A DNA stretch of 64,000 bases from Alphaproteobacteria bacterium. Its GTDB lineage: Bacteria > Pseudomonadota > Alphaproteobacteria > SP197. The notes below the pieces were generated by a model, which saw only the letters and a list, made by a program, of their open reading frames with translations, was not told the origin of the DNA and searched no databases. Made by a program: the position numbers and the translations under genes. Positions 42,253-52,281 of the stretch are shown here, piece by piece. Within the stretch, counting starts at the first letter, position 1. Each line of letters begins with the position of its first letter. Location: assembly GCA_965228895.1 (NCBI GenBank), contig OZ245842.1, positions 1,792,001-1,856,000 on the forward strand, written 5' to 3'.

Positions 42253-42652
42253 CCGCATAGACGTCGATTTCCATATCCATGTAGGCGCGTGCGAGGCCGG
42301 TGACGATGACTTCGCTGGTGGCGACATGGATGCCCTTCAGATGCTTGCCCAGAACCCGCATGACCGGTTCCAGGTGGGCGCGGTCGGTGACCCAGACCTT
42401 GACCTTGCAGATGTCCTGAAGCGTCGCGCCACCGTCCGCCAGCAGGACTTTGACATTGGCCATGGCCTGTTCGGTCTGCGCGGCGGGATCGCCGAGGCCA
42501 TGGAATTCACCGTCGAAGTCGTGCCCGGTCTGGCCGCGCATGTGCAAGACGTTGCCGGTCTTGACCAGCATGCAGAGTTGAGAGTTCAGCTTCTGCGTAC
42601 CGCGATACCACTGGTTGGTTTCGAATTTGCGGAACCGTTCGTGGACGGTCAT
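42242..42652 (-). CDS. RidA/YjgF family protein
   Basis: GQTG, QTEQAMANV, MEID. Confidence 0.88.
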   Translation of the reverse strand: MTVHERFRKFETNQWYRGTQKLNSQLCMLVKTGNVLHMRGQTGHDFDGEFHGLGDPAAQTEQAMANVKVLLADGGATLQDICKVKVWVTDRAHLEPVMRVLGKHLKGIHVATSEVIVTGLARAYMDMEIDVYAVID

Positions 42653-44103
42653 CGGTTGCCCATGACCCGGTCGGAGAGGTCGGCGGCTTTCTTGACCGCG
42701 CGTTTCGGTCCGTCGAAATCAAAGGTCATGTATTCGGCGTTCAGGTGCGCAAACGGCGGCGATTGGGCGAAGAGCGCGAAGGTCAGCCGGTGGCCGGCGT
42801 GGTCGGAGTTGACGAGGTCGCGCGCGAAGGCGAGCAGCTTGCGCCGGTCCTCGGCATCCCAGCGGTCGTTCACCGTGTAGAACTTGTCCATCCAGGGTTT
42901 GGTCTCGACGCCCTCGAAGGTCTCTGAATCCGGTGTGATGCAGATTTGGCCGCCGGTCAGCTCGCGCGCCAGGTGCATCATGTTGGGCAAGCCGGAACAG
43001 GCGTGGATGCGCCCGGCATAGATCATCGATTGGTGCGGCATCATGAGACCGCCGGCCGACGGCTCAGCGAGCTCGATTGAGGCCAGCACGTGGGCGCGGA
43101 TGCCTTCGCGCCAGGTGCTCAACTGGGCGAGCTTCTCGCGCACCGCCGGCTGCTTGTCGAGGCCGGTTTGCTCGGCGTTGAACTTGGCCGCACCAATCAA
43201 AAGGTCGGCGATATGCAGCACCCGAATGACGAAGGGCAGGGCGCTATAACGGTGCAGCATGCTGCGGATGAAACCGGCCGCTTGGGTGTGCTGATAAAAG
43301 AAGATGTCCTCCCACGGGACCAGCACGTCGTCGAACACCAGCAGCGTGTCGATCTCATCGAACTTGGAGGTGCTTGGATAATCGGCGGCGTTCTTGCCGG
43401 TTGCCAGGCTCGACCGGCAGATGTGCTTCAGACCCGGCGCGCCCATCGGGCACATGAAGCCGAGTGCATAGTCCGACATCTTGGCATCGCCCCAATTGGC
43501 GATGGTCGGCTTGACGAAAGCCTGATGCGCATAGGCGGCGGCGGTTTCGTACTTGGCGCCGCGCACGACAATGCCGGCATCGGTCTCCTTCACCACATGC
43601 AGCAGCATGTCGGGATCCTGGTCCTGGGGCGCTTTCGAACGGTCGCCCTTGGGATCGGTGTTGGCGGAGACGGTGAAGAGGTCGCCGCGATGGGCGGTCT
43701 CGATATGGCGTTCGATGTTGCTGGTGAAGCGCGGGTCAACGTCGTGCAAAACATCTTTGCCGTCGAGCAGCGACCACACCGCGCCAATCGTCTCGTCGCC
43801 GAGGCGATAGACGACGCCGCCGATGTCTTCCATGACGGCGTCAACCCAGCGCCATTTAGCGTGCAGGTCTTCCTTGGTGTGGGGCGGCGTCCAGGAAACC
43901 GAGCAGTCTTCGCCGTCGTCGGTCTGCTGCACCATGACGTCGCGATGTTCGTCCTGGTGCGCCATGTCGTAGACGCGGGCGCGTACATCGACCATGGGCT
44001 TGAACGCCGGGTGTTTGGTGACGTCCTTGACCGGCTCGCCATCGATCCAAACCTGGCGGCCGTCACGGATTGAATCGATGTAGTCGCGGCCGGTCATCAA
44101 CAT
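42649..44103 (-). CDS. HpaB-like two-component flavin monooxygenase, oxygenase subunit
   Basis: MTGRDYIDSIRDGRQVWIDGE, HPAF, GIVVRGAK, FDE.DTLLVFDDVLVPWE. Confidence 0.88.
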   Translation of the reverse strand: MLMTGRDYIDSIRDGRQVWIDGEPVKDVTKHPAFKPMVDVRARVYDMAHQDEHRDVMVQQTDDGEDCSVSWTPPHTKEDLHAKWRWVDAVMEDIGGVVYRLGDETIGAVWSLLDGKDVLHDVDPRFTSNIERHIETAHRGDLFTVSANTDPKGDRSKAPQDQDPDMLLHVVKETDAGIVVRGAKYETAAAYAHQAFVKPTIANWGDAKMSDYALGFMCPMGAPGLKHICRSSLATGKNAADYPSTSKFDEIDTLLVFDDVLVPWEDIFFYQHTQAAGFIRSMLHRYSALPFVIRVLHIADLLIGAAKFNAEQTGLDKQPAVREKLAQLSTWREGIRAHVLASIELAEPSAGGLMMPHQSMIYAGRIHACSGLPNMMHLARELTGGQICITPDSETFEGVETKPWMDKFYTVNDRWDAEDRRKLLAFARDLVNSDHAGHRLTFALFAQSPPFAHLNAEYMTFDFDGPKRAVKKAADLSDRVMGNR

Positions 44104-44166
44104 GATGGGAACTCCAGGGTTGGGTGGGGATGGCGGTCGCAGCCTAGGCCCGGCCGAGGTGATGGT

Positions 44167-45159
44167 TCAATACTGGCGGCCGGTTTTGACTCGATTTTTG
44201 AGCGGCCGGCCGTCCAAGAACCGTTCGACGTTTGCAAAAAACATGTCGAGGGTCTTGGGAATGTAGTTGTCGACATCATCGGACGAGCAGTGTGGCGTCA
44301 TGATGAGATTGCGTGTCATCCACAGACGTGACGAGCGGGGCAGCGGTTCGGGATCAAAAACGTCGAGCACGGCGCCTGAGAGATGCTCGTTTTCCAGAAG
44401 GTCCGCCAGGGCATCGTAGTCGACTATGCGCGCGCGACCCATGTTGACGAGACCGGCGCCGGGTTTCATCCGCTCCAGGCGGCGGCGGCTCAACATGTTC
44501 TCTGTCTCTGCGGTCAGTGGTGCGGTCACCACAACGACGTCAGCCTTGGGCAACACGCTGTCCAACTTGGCTGGTGTCACCACCTTGTCGGCGTAGCGGT
44601 GTGGCCGGCCATGCCGTGTCACGCCGATTACGGTCATGCCCAGGCGCTGCTTCAGCCAGCGCGCCGACGCGCCGCCCATGCCGCCGAGCCCGATGATGAC
44701 AGCGGTCTTACCTTCCGCCGTCGTCGTGAACTTTTTTTGCCAACGGCGTTGGCGCTGCTGTGTTGCCAGAAAGGGAATGCCGTGGGCCAGCATCAGAACG
44801 GCGGTGCCAACAAACTCGCTCGCCTTCTCGGCATGCACGCCGCTGTTGTTGACCAGGGCGAGATCGCGCGGCACCCAGTCGAAGGGGTGCAGATGCTCGG
44901 TCCCGGCGCCGGTCAGCTGGATCAGTTTGAGATGTGGCGCTCGCGCGCGAAAGTCATCGCGCGGAAACCGCCAGCCGATCATGATGTCGGCCTTGGCGAT
45001 ACCTTCGTCGAAACGGTCGAGTTCCCAACTCCAGTCGAAGGTCAGGCGGCGCGACACGTCCGGGTGACGCCGCCTCGCGGCGCGTACACGCGCCTCGGTG
45101 ACCCAGAACACCTCAGGCTGAGACGAGAGCGCGGCGACGTGAACGCGCAGTTTCTTCAT
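44167..45159 (-). CDS. D-2-hydroxyacid dehydrogenase family protein
   Basis: GLGGMG, PLTAET, NMGR, LDVFDPEPL, TPH. Confidence 0.9.
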   Translation of the reverse strand: MKKLRVHVAALSSQPEVFWVTEARVRAARRRHPDVSRRLTFDWSWELDRFDEGIAKADIMIGWRFPRDDFRARAPHLKLIQLTGAGTEHLHPFDWVPRDLALVNNSGVHAEKASEFVGTAVLMLAHGIPFLATQQRQRRWQKKFTTTAEGKTAVIIGLGGMGGASARWLKQRLGMTVIGVTRHGRPHRYADKVVTPAKLDSVLPKADVVVVTAPLTAETENMLSRRRLERMKPGAGLVNMGRARIVDYDALADLLENEHLSGAVLDVFDPEPLPRSSRLWMTRNLIMTPHCSSDDVDNYIPKTLDMFFANVERFLDGRPLKNRVKTGRQY

Positions 45160-45176
45160 ACGTCCAGTTCCGGTTT

Positions 45177-46313
45177 CTATCCGAGCACCCGGTCGAGGAC
45201 CCAGTTGTCAATGGTGTGGACCAACGGCTCCATGTACGAGAAGCGGCCGGGCTTCACGAAGGGTGAGCTGATGCCGATCTGCTGGATATCGGAGATCTCG
45301 TTGTCTTCAACAATCGATTTATTCCAGCGTTCGTAGTAATTGCCCACCAATTCGTCGAAGTCGTCGCGCGCCACCGTCTGTTTCGGAAAACAGGAACCGA
45401 CGATCAGTTTTGTGCGCCCGGCGCTGATCGGATGCAGTTCCAGCCACCACATGCAGTCATAGGTGAGCCCGAACATGGTCGAGGGATTGATCAAGACATA
45501 GTACGTGCCTTGTGCGGCCAAGCCGTCCAATGTCGGGATAAAGGGAAACCCTTTCGCGCCCGGCAACAGCGCCCGGCTTCCTTCATGACGGGTAAAGAGG
45601 CCGCAGTATTCGCCGGCGGTTGGGATCGGCGGATTGTGATCGCGTTTCTGCTTCTGGATCGTCTGCTGATGCACGGTCGGGACGTGATAGGACTCCATCG
45701 CGTTCTCGACATAAATTTTCCAGTTACACGCGAGGTCGTATTCGACGCGGCGCGTCGTCACCATGTCTTCGAGTTTGTAACTCGCCAGGACCTCAGGCAG
45801 GTCGCCCAGCCAGTTTGATAGCGGTTCGGCGTCGTGATCGAAGTTCAGAAACAGGAAACCGGCCCAGGTCTCCAAGCGCAGTTCGATCAGGCCGAAGTTC
45901 TTGCGGTCGAAACCATCGGTTTCGTCCATTTCCATGGCGCCGATCAGGCGGCCGTCAAGCGCATAGGTCCAACTGTGATAGGGGCAGGTCATGACGGTGC
46001 AGTTACCGTCGCCCTGCATCACCTTGGCGCCACGATGGCGGCAGGAGTTGGCGAAGGCGCGAACGGTACCGTCGCGGTCGCGTACGATGACAACGGGAAC
46101 GCCGGCGAATTCGAAGGCCGCATAGTCGCCGGGGTTGGGAACGCGGTCTTCACGGCCGACGAAGTTCCAGACCTTCAGAAAGATCGTTTCGACCTCGCGC
46201 CGATAGAACGCCTCGGAGGTGTAGCATTCCGGCGGCAGCGTATCGGCTTCGAGCAGCGGGCGGCGGACCGCCTCGTAGCGGGTGGGGTCGAACAGGTTGG
46301 TGATCTCATTCAT
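45177..46313 (-). CDS. Rieske non-heme iron oxygenase alpha subunit (choline monooxygenase/GbcA-like)
   Basis: CRHRG...CPYHSW Rieske motif; NWKIYVENAMESYH...H. Confidence 0.92.
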   Translation of the reverse strand: MNEITNLFDPTRYEAVRRPLLEADTLPPECYTSEAFYRREVETIFLKVWNFVGREDRVPNPGDYAAFEFAGVPVVIVRDRDGTVRAFANSCRHRGAKVMQGDGNCTVMTCPYHSWTYALDGRLIGAMEMDETDGFDRKNFGLIELRLETWAGFLFLNFDHDAEPLSNWLGDLPEVLASYKLEDMVTTRRVEYDLACNWKIYVENAMESYHVPTVHQQTIQKQKRDHNPPIPTAGEYCGLFTRHEGSRALLPGAKGFPFIPTLDGLAAQGTYYVLINPSTMFGLTYDCMWWLELHPISAGRTKLIVGSCFPKQTVARDDFDELVGNYYERWNKSIVEDNEISDIQQIGISSPFVKPGRFSYMEPLVHTIDNWVLDRVLG

Positions 46314-47836
46314 GCCCGCTGTTCCTCCTCTTTCTTGCGGCGCGTGACAAAGGCCGTCAGTTCCTCGACGATGGCCGGGTCGAGCGGCGGTGGTTCAAAC
46401 TCGTCCAGCAGGTCCTTGTAGATGACGTTCGCCCGTTCCGTGGCGGTCTTGGATCCCGTCTCTTCCCAGGTTTCGAAATTTCGCCAGTCCGACACCATGG
46501 GATCGTAGAACGCGGTGGCGTAACGTTCCAGTGTGTGCGCGGCGCCGAAGTAATGGCCGCCGGGCTGCACCTCGGCGATGGCATCATAGGCCAGCGTGCC
46601 GTCGTCGATCGCCATAGGCTGCAGGAATTCCGACATCATCTGTAGCATCTCGGCGTCCAGCACCGCCTTTTCAAACGATGCGGTCAGGCCGCCTTCGAGC
46701 CAACCGGCGCCATGATGCAGCAGATTGGCGTGGCCCATGACCGCGCCCCAGATCGACATTTCGGACTCGTAGGTCGCCTGGGCGTCGACCGCGTTGGACG
46801 CGTTGGTGTTGCTGGAGCGGTAGGGCAGGTCATAGCGGCGCGCCAACTGGCCGCCGACCATACAGGCCTTCGTGTATTCCGGCGTGCCGAAGGCCGGCGC
46901 GCCAGACTTCATGTCGACGTTCGAGGTAAAGCCGCCATAGAGGCAGCGCGCGCCGGGTGCGGCGACCTGGGCGAACGCAATGCCCGCCAGCGCCTCGGCA
47001 TTCTGTTGCACCAGCGCGCCGGGGATGGTTGCCGGGCTCATGGCGCCGGAGAGCGTGAACGGCGTCAGCGACACCGCCTGCCCGTTCTCGACCGCCTCCA
47101 TCAGACCGTCCAGCATGGGGCCGTCAATGCGGCGCGGCGAGTTGACGTTGATGGTGGTGAAGATGCCGGGCTCTTTGGTGATCTCGTCGCGGGTCATGCC
47201 CCGCGCGATACACAGCATGTCGAGGGCGTCGGTCACGCGTTGACGGCCCAGGCCGGTCGCGTGCCAGACCTTGTCCGACAGGGTCAGGATGGCGAAGACG
47301 CAGTCCAGATGGCGGGTCTCCGCATCCAGATCGATTGGCGCGACCGGTATGCCGCCGCACAGATGCAACGCATTCAGGCTTTGCATCAGGCGGATGAAAT
47401 TCTTGAAGTCCTTGAAGTTGCCCGGCCGCCTGCCGCCGTCCAGATCGGACGCGTTGGGCGGACCGCCGACGGAATTGAAGCTGATATGGCGGCCGCCTAG
47501 CGTGACGTAGCGATCGGGATTGCGCGGCGTCAACGTGAACTCCGATGGCGCCTTGGCGATCAGTTCCATGATCAAGCCGCGGTCGAACTTGACCAGTTGC
47601 GTGCCCATGTCGACATCGGCGCCAGCGGCCTTCAGCTTCTCCAACGCCGTCTCCGACAGAAACTCGACACCCAATTCCTCCAGCACGCGCAAAGAGGTCT
47701 GATGGATTGCCTCGATATGGTCGGCCGACAGGATCTCGACGGGCTGATAGGGATTTTTGAGCCGCCGCCATGGCAACTGCGTGACCTTGGGACCACTCGG
47801 GCGGCGGCCGCGCCTGGACTCGCTACGGCGCGTCAT
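46310..47836 (-). CDS. MttB-superfamily (non-pyrrolysine) trimethylamine methyltransferase-like protein
   Basis: NVNSPR, TPFTLSGAMSPAT, FTSNVDMKSGAPAFGTPE, HGAGWLEGGL; no in-frame amber codon. Confidence 0.92.
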   Translation of the reverse strand: MTRRSESRRGRRPSGPKVTQLPWRRLKNPYQPVEILSADHIEAIHQTSLRVLEELGVEFLSETALEKLKAAGADVDMGTQLVKFDRGLIMELIAKAPSEFTLTPRNPDRYVTLGGRHISFNSVGGPPNASDLDGGRRPGNFKDFKNFIRLMQSLNALHLCGGIPVAPIDLDAETRHLDCVFAILTLSDKVWHATGLGRQRVTDALDMLCIARGMTRDEITKEPGIFTTINVNSPRRIDGPMLDGLMEAVENGQAVSLTPFTLSGAMSPATIPGALVQQNAEALAGIAFAQVAAPGARCLYGGFTSNVDMKSGAPAFGTPEYTKACMVGGQLARRYDLPYRSSNTNASNAVDAQATYESEMSIWGAVMGHANLLHHGAGWLEGGLTASFEKAVLDAEMLQMMSEFLQPMAIDDGTLAYDAIAEVQPGGHYFGAAHTLERYATAFYDPMVSDWRNFETWEETGSKTATERANVIYKDLLDEFEPPPLDPAIVEELTAFVTRRKKEEEQRA

Positions 47837-49905
47837 GGCGTGACTTCCCTGTTCAAAACAACGCGTTCGCGTCGGTAACGCAAGCCATCATCCTCCTGTG
47901 TTTGAAATTCGCGTGCATGGCGGTGGCCCGCGTAAACGGCGTCGACAATCAAACCGGGCGCCAAACAATCGCCAATGGCGGTCAGGCTTTCGATTCCGCC
48001 GCCGAGCGTCTCGCCAGTTGGTGCCTTCAGTGCGTGGTAGAGATCATCGTTCGGTTCGCGCGAGGTCGCCAGAACAAGAGCCGCGCACGGCGTCGACGTG
48101 ACGGTGCCGGGACCAAGGTGAACGGCTTCGACACTGTTGCCATCGAAGGCCGACAGCTTGTGCAGGACCAGTGGCTTGACGCCGGCCTCATAGAGGCGGG
48201 GCACGAGAAGGTGATGTTCGTCGGTCCACTGTGTCCAGACGCTGGGCTCCGGCGCAGGTGTCATCAGCGTGACGTCGTGCCCTTCGCGGGCCAGCTTTTC
48301 GGCGAGCGCGCCTGCCATGTAGTAGTGGTCGTCGTCATAGATCACGACCGGTCCCACGATGTCTGATCCTGCGAGAACGTCGTCCGGTGTCAACACGTTC
48401 GCGGCGTCGGGAAGATCCAATGGTTCGACATGGGTGCGCCCGGTACCGTCGCGACGCCACGTGCAGCCCGTCGCGACAACCACATGCGGGAAACCGAACT
48501 CGCGCACATCGTCGGGCGTCAACTGGCTGTCGCGGTAGATCTCGACATGTGACATGCGCTCCAACTGACCGATGCGCCAGTCGGTGACACGTTTCCAGGC
48601 CGCCAGGCCAGGCAGGCGGGCGACACGGTCGACATGCCCACCCAATTCGGTGCCGGCTTCGGCGAGCGTCACCGGATAGCCGCGCGCGCCGAGCGCCCGC
48701 GCCGCTTCAAGACCAGCCGGACCGGCGCCGACCACAAGCACGCGATCATCAGACGCCGACGGGTTCATCACCTCAGGATGCCAGCCGCTACGCCATTCCT
48801 CGCCCATGGTCGGGTTCTGGGTGCAGCGGATGGAAACGCAGCCCTTGAAGGTCGCGCGGCAGATATTGCAGCCGATGCACTCGCGGATGTCGTCCAGACG
48901 TCCTTCCTCGACCTTCTTGGGCAGGAACGGATCGGCGATCGACGGGCGGGCGGCGCCGATCATGTCGAGCACGCCGCGTTTGATCTGCGAGACCATGGTG
49001 TCGGGGCTGGTGAAGCGGCCGACGCCGACCACGGGCCGCGTGGTCAACGGTTTGACGACCGAGGCGTGGACCTCCTGAAATCCTTCCTCGAAGAAACGCG
49101 AACTGCCGCTGTCGGTGCGGTAGTCCGCGATATTGACGTCCCAGAGATCGGGCAAGTCGGCGAGCAGGGCGACCACGTCCTTGCCTTCGTCCGCGCTCGT
49201 CAGGCCGGGTTCGCCGACAAGCTCGTCGAGGGAAAAACGGACGACGACGGCGCAGGTATCGCCGATCGCCTCCTTCGTCTCCTCGATCATCTCGCGGAAC
49301 AGACGTACGCGGTTTTCCAGGCTGCCGCCGTATTCATCGCTGCGTTTGTTAAAGCGCCGGCTGATGAACTGGGCCGGCAGGTAGGCGTGACCGGCATAGA
49401 CGTAGACGATATCGAAGCCCGCGCGTTTGGCGCGCTTGGCGGCATCGACCTGCCAGCGCCGCAAGTCCTTAATGTCGGCCTTGTCCATGGTGCGCGCGTG
49501 CAGCGGATTCAGATAGCCGATCGGCCTGCCGGATGGCGCCATCGGCACGTCGCGTGTCATCTTGACCGGCGAATAGAGCCCGCCGTGCCATAGCTGTGTT
49601 CCCGCCAGTGCGTCGTGTTCGTGAATCGCATCGGCGGTCACCGCCATGGTGCGGACGTCGTCTTCGTCCCACAGGCTACAGGTCGGAAACGGCGCGTCAT
49701 CGGCGGTCGGATGGATCGAGGTGTATTCGGTGCACACCACGCCCCAGCCACCTTCGGCCTTGATGCCGCGCATGGCGGCAAGCGTCTGCGGCAGGTTGTA
49801 GCCCATGCCGGTGCAGTGCGGCACCTGATAGAATCGGTTCTTGGCCGTGACCGGGCCAATCGGGACGGGTTCGAACAGGATGTCGTAACGGGGATCGCGA
49901 CTCAT
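47833..49905 (-). CDS. Trimethylamine/histamine dehydrogenase-like FMN/4Fe-4S flavoprotein
   Basis: RDPRYDILFEP, NRFYQVPHC (flavinylation Cys), KAEGGW, YVYAGH, CIGCNIC...C. Confidence 0.9.
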   Translation of the reverse strand: MSRDPRYDILFEPVPIGPVTAKNRFYQVPHCTGMGYNLPQTLAAMRGIKAEGGWGVVCTEYTSIHPTADDAPFPTCSLWDEDDVRTMAVTADAIHEHDALAGTQLWHGGLYSPVKMTRDVPMAPSGRPIGYLNPLHARTMDKADIKDLRRWQVDAAKRAKRAGFDIVYVYAGHAYLPAQFISRRFNKRSDEYGGSLENRVRLFREMIEETKEAIGDTCAVVVRFSLDELVGEPGLTSADEGKDVVALLADLPDLWDVNIADYRTDSGSSRFFEEGFQEVHASVVKPLTTRPVVGVGRFTSPDTMVSQIKRGVLDMIGAARPSIADPFLPKKVEEGRLDDIRECIGCNICRATFKGCVSIRCTQNPTMGEEWRSGWHPEVMNPSASDDRVLVVGAGPAGLEAARALGARGYPVTLAEAGTELGGHVDRVARLPGLAAWKRVTDWRIGQLERMSHVEIYRDSQLTPDDVREFGFPHVVVATGCTWRRDGTGRTHVEPLDLPDAANVLTPDDVLAGSDIVGPVVIYDDDHYYMAGALAEKLAREGHDVTLMTPAPEPSVWTQWTDEHHLLVPRLYEAGVKPLVLHKLSAFDGNSVEAVHLGPGTVTSTPCAALVLATSREPNDDLYHALKAPTGETLGGGIESLTAIGDCLAPGLIVDAVYAGHRHAREFQTQEDDGLRYRRERVVLNREVTP

Positions 49906-49911
49906 TATGTC

Positions 49912-50177
49912 AGTACCCACTATCACGGAAGGACAGCACGTTTGATCGCCTTTTCGTGCCCTCTGGCCAGGAAGCGCCGCGAAGGCGATGCGGTGCATCG
50001 GTTAGAGGCGATGACGCCGCCAGGGGTCATGAAAAGCGACCCTTCGGGCGGCATAGCGCGCCTCTCGGACGTCGTTGCACGGCCCTTGTGATGTGCCGGT
50101 ATCACGACGGGCCGCGCGCCTAGCCGAGAAACGTGCCAAGCTGTCATACGTGTTGTCCTTCCGTGATAGTGGGTACT
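49912..50177. mobile_element. 266-bp MITE-like structured element at the cocE/dehydrogenase junction
   Basis: 30-bp terminal inverted repeats (49912-49941 / 50148-50177, 1 mismatch); same central 14-mer and architecture as 29953-30220. Confidence 0.85.
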
Positions 50178-52200
50178 AGAGATGATCTCGCGGAATGGTC
50201 TCGTCCCAGCGTCGGTTTGCGACAGGTTCGTCGTTCTCGAACGCTTCGAGCGATGCCTTGATGAAAAAATTCTCGGCATCACAGGTCAAGGTCAGGTGTG
50301 TCTCGGTCCTGACCTTCCAGTCACCGCGCTCGGCCGTGATGATGCGCACGCCTTCGGTGCGGGCCGATGCCGGGTCGCCGTCGCGGATCTTGGATGTCTC
50401 GGTCGCGACCTTGGTCATGGTGAGGTCGATATCGTCGAGGCGGTGGCGGCCGTCGTCTTCGATGTGACTCAGCACCGTCTCGCCCGTGCCGACATCATAG
50501 GAGAGGGTGCGCTTGCTGCTGCCGGGTTCGAGGGTTGTCTGTGCCAGTGGCGCGGAACTTTCGGCCGGTTCGAAGGCTGTGGCCACCGCATCGTCGTCGG
50601 ACGCCATTCGCCGCGGCAGGTCGAGTGACGAGCCCGCCGTGTGCAAGGTCATGGTCACGGGTTCGGGCGACGGCCAGGCGAGCGGCCAATAGCTGGTCGA
50701 GACCGCGAGACGAAGACGGCAGCCCGCCGAAAAGCGATAGGCGACCGAGTTCAAACGAAATGAAATCGTCGTTCGCTCGCCCGGCACCATCGGTTTGGGA
50801 TCGCTGTGGCCGTCACGGTGAGAGAGGTTGAGCAAGCCATAGGTGACCCGTGTGCTCAGACCGTCTGGCCTGACTTCGTTCAGGCGAACGGCGATCATCG
50901 CCTGGGGCCGGTCGACCTCAAGCTCAAACGTGACCTCGGGATAACCCAGGATTTCGAGGTCTTCGGTCAGTGGTTCGCTGTCGAAACACAGCGAGAGCGC
51001 ATCGTCCTTGCGCTGGTCTCCCTGATACTCAGGTCCGACGCCGCCGCCATCTCTGGGACACCATTCGCCCGCCGCCATGCCACAGGTGAGGGGGGAACTG
51101 TGGCTCAGCACCGCTTGGCTTGCGGCGGATGCGCCGAGCGTTCCGTCGCCCAAGGCGAACGTTTCGGCCGCAACGCTTGCCGGTGGCCATGCCGTCTCGG
51201 CAATCCATTGCCCGCCGACGTCGAAATCCATGGGGTGGGCGCGCATGTCTTCCTGCATCCAGACCTGACAGGCGGGCTCTTCCTCAATGCCGTTCTCGAC
51301 ACCTTTGAGCCAGCGGTCCCACCACCTGAGCCCTTCCTGAAGGAAACCCATGGCCGGACCCGGCGTGCCGAAATGCGGGTAGACATGGGTCCACGGACCG
51401 ATCAGAGCGCGGCGCGGCCCCTTCAGGTTATCCATCAGGCGCAGGATCGCATCGGTGTAGCCGTCGGTCCAGCCGCCGACCGCATAGACCGCGCAACCGA
51501 TGGCGTCATAGTCCTCACAGACTGAGCCTTGCTGCCAGAAAGCGTCGCGCCGCTGATGCCGTGTCCAGTCGATCAGCGGGCAGCCCGTTTCAGTCAGGCG
51601 CTTGAGCCACATGTCACGCCAACCCTCGCCGACGACGGTGGGGTCGGGCGCGCGCGACACGACGGCAAAGATGCCGGAACCCCAGCTGACGCCGTCGTTC
51701 AACAGGCAGCCGCCCATGTAATGGACATCGTCGGCGTAACGGTCGTCGGTCGAACAGCAGGTGATGATAGCCTTCAAGGCCGGTGGCCGTCGCGCGGCGA
51801 CCTGGAGGCTGTTGAAGCCGCCCCAGGAGATGCCGATCATGCCGACGGAGCCGCTGCACCACGGCTGATCGGCGAGCCAGGCGATCGCGGCGACCAGATC
51901 GTCCTGTTCGCCTTCGAGGTATTCGTCCAGAAGCAGGCCGCCGGAATCGCCGGAACCCCTGAGATCCAACCGGACCGTCGCGTAACCATGGCCGGCCCAC
52001 CACGGATGAGTCAGCACGTCACCGGACGCCGTGCCGTCGCGGCGCCGGTAGGGGATGGCTTCCAGGATGACGGGCACCGGATCGGTCTCGGCGTCTTCGG
52101 GCAGCCACACCCGCGCGGCGAGCTTGGCGCCGTCGGCCATCGGTACCCAAAGGGTCTCGATCTCACGGATCGGGCGGGGAAAGTCGTGGCGTACGTGCAT
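50176..52200 (-). CDS. CocE/NonD family hydrolase
   Basis: PYRR, DLRGSGDS, GISWGG nucleophile, GPWTH, PepX-like C-terminal domain. Confidence 0.92.
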   Translation of the reverse strand: MHVRHDFPRPIREIETLWVPMADGAKLAARVWLPEDAETDPVPVILEAIPYRRRDGTASGDVLTHPWWAGHGYATVRLDLRGSGDSGGLLLDEYLEGEQDDLVAAIAWLADQPWCSGSVGMIGISWGGFNSLQVAARRPPALKAIITCCSTDDRYADDVHYMGGCLLNDGVSWGSGIFAVVSRAPDPTVVGEGWRDMWLKRLTETGCPLIDWTRHQRRDAFWQQGSVCEDYDAIGCAVYAVGGWTDGYTDAILRLMDNLKGPRRALIGPWTHVYPHFGTPGPAMGFLQEGLRWWDRWLKGVENGIEEEPACQVWMQEDMRAHPMDFDVGGQWIAETAWPPASVAAETFALGDGTLGASAASQAVLSHSSPLTCGMAAGEWCPRDGGGVGPEYQGDQRKDDALSLCFDSEPLTEDLEILGYPEVTFELEVDRPQAMIAVRLNEVRPDGLSTRVTYGLLNLSHRDGHSDPKPMVPGERTTISFRLNSVAYRFSAGCRLRLAVSTSYWPLAWPSPEPVTMTLHTAGSSLDLPRRMASDDDAVATAFEPAESSAPLAQTTLEPGSSKRTLSYDVGTGETVLSHIEDDGRHRLDDIDLTMTKVATETSKIRDGDPASARTEGVRIITAERGDWKVRTETHLTLTCDAENFFIKASLEAFENDEPVANRRWDETIPRDHL

Positions 52201-52220
52201 GGTGGACGTTGGCCTTCCTC

Positions 52221-52259
52221 GAAGAAAGGGACCGGCGCAATCACTGTCGCGCCGGTCCC
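52221..52259 (-). terminator. Intrinsic terminator or stabilising hairpin after the SBP gene
   Basis: GGGACCGGCGC/GCGCCGGTCCC 11-bp stem followed by TTTCTTC on the minus strand. Confidence 0.7.
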
Positions 52260-52281
52260 GATTGGTAGTCAGCCGCTCCGG

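Noticed and set aside
46310-47836. Pyrrolysine recoding in the MttB homologue
   Set aside because: The ORF is uninterrupted, with no in-frame TAG.
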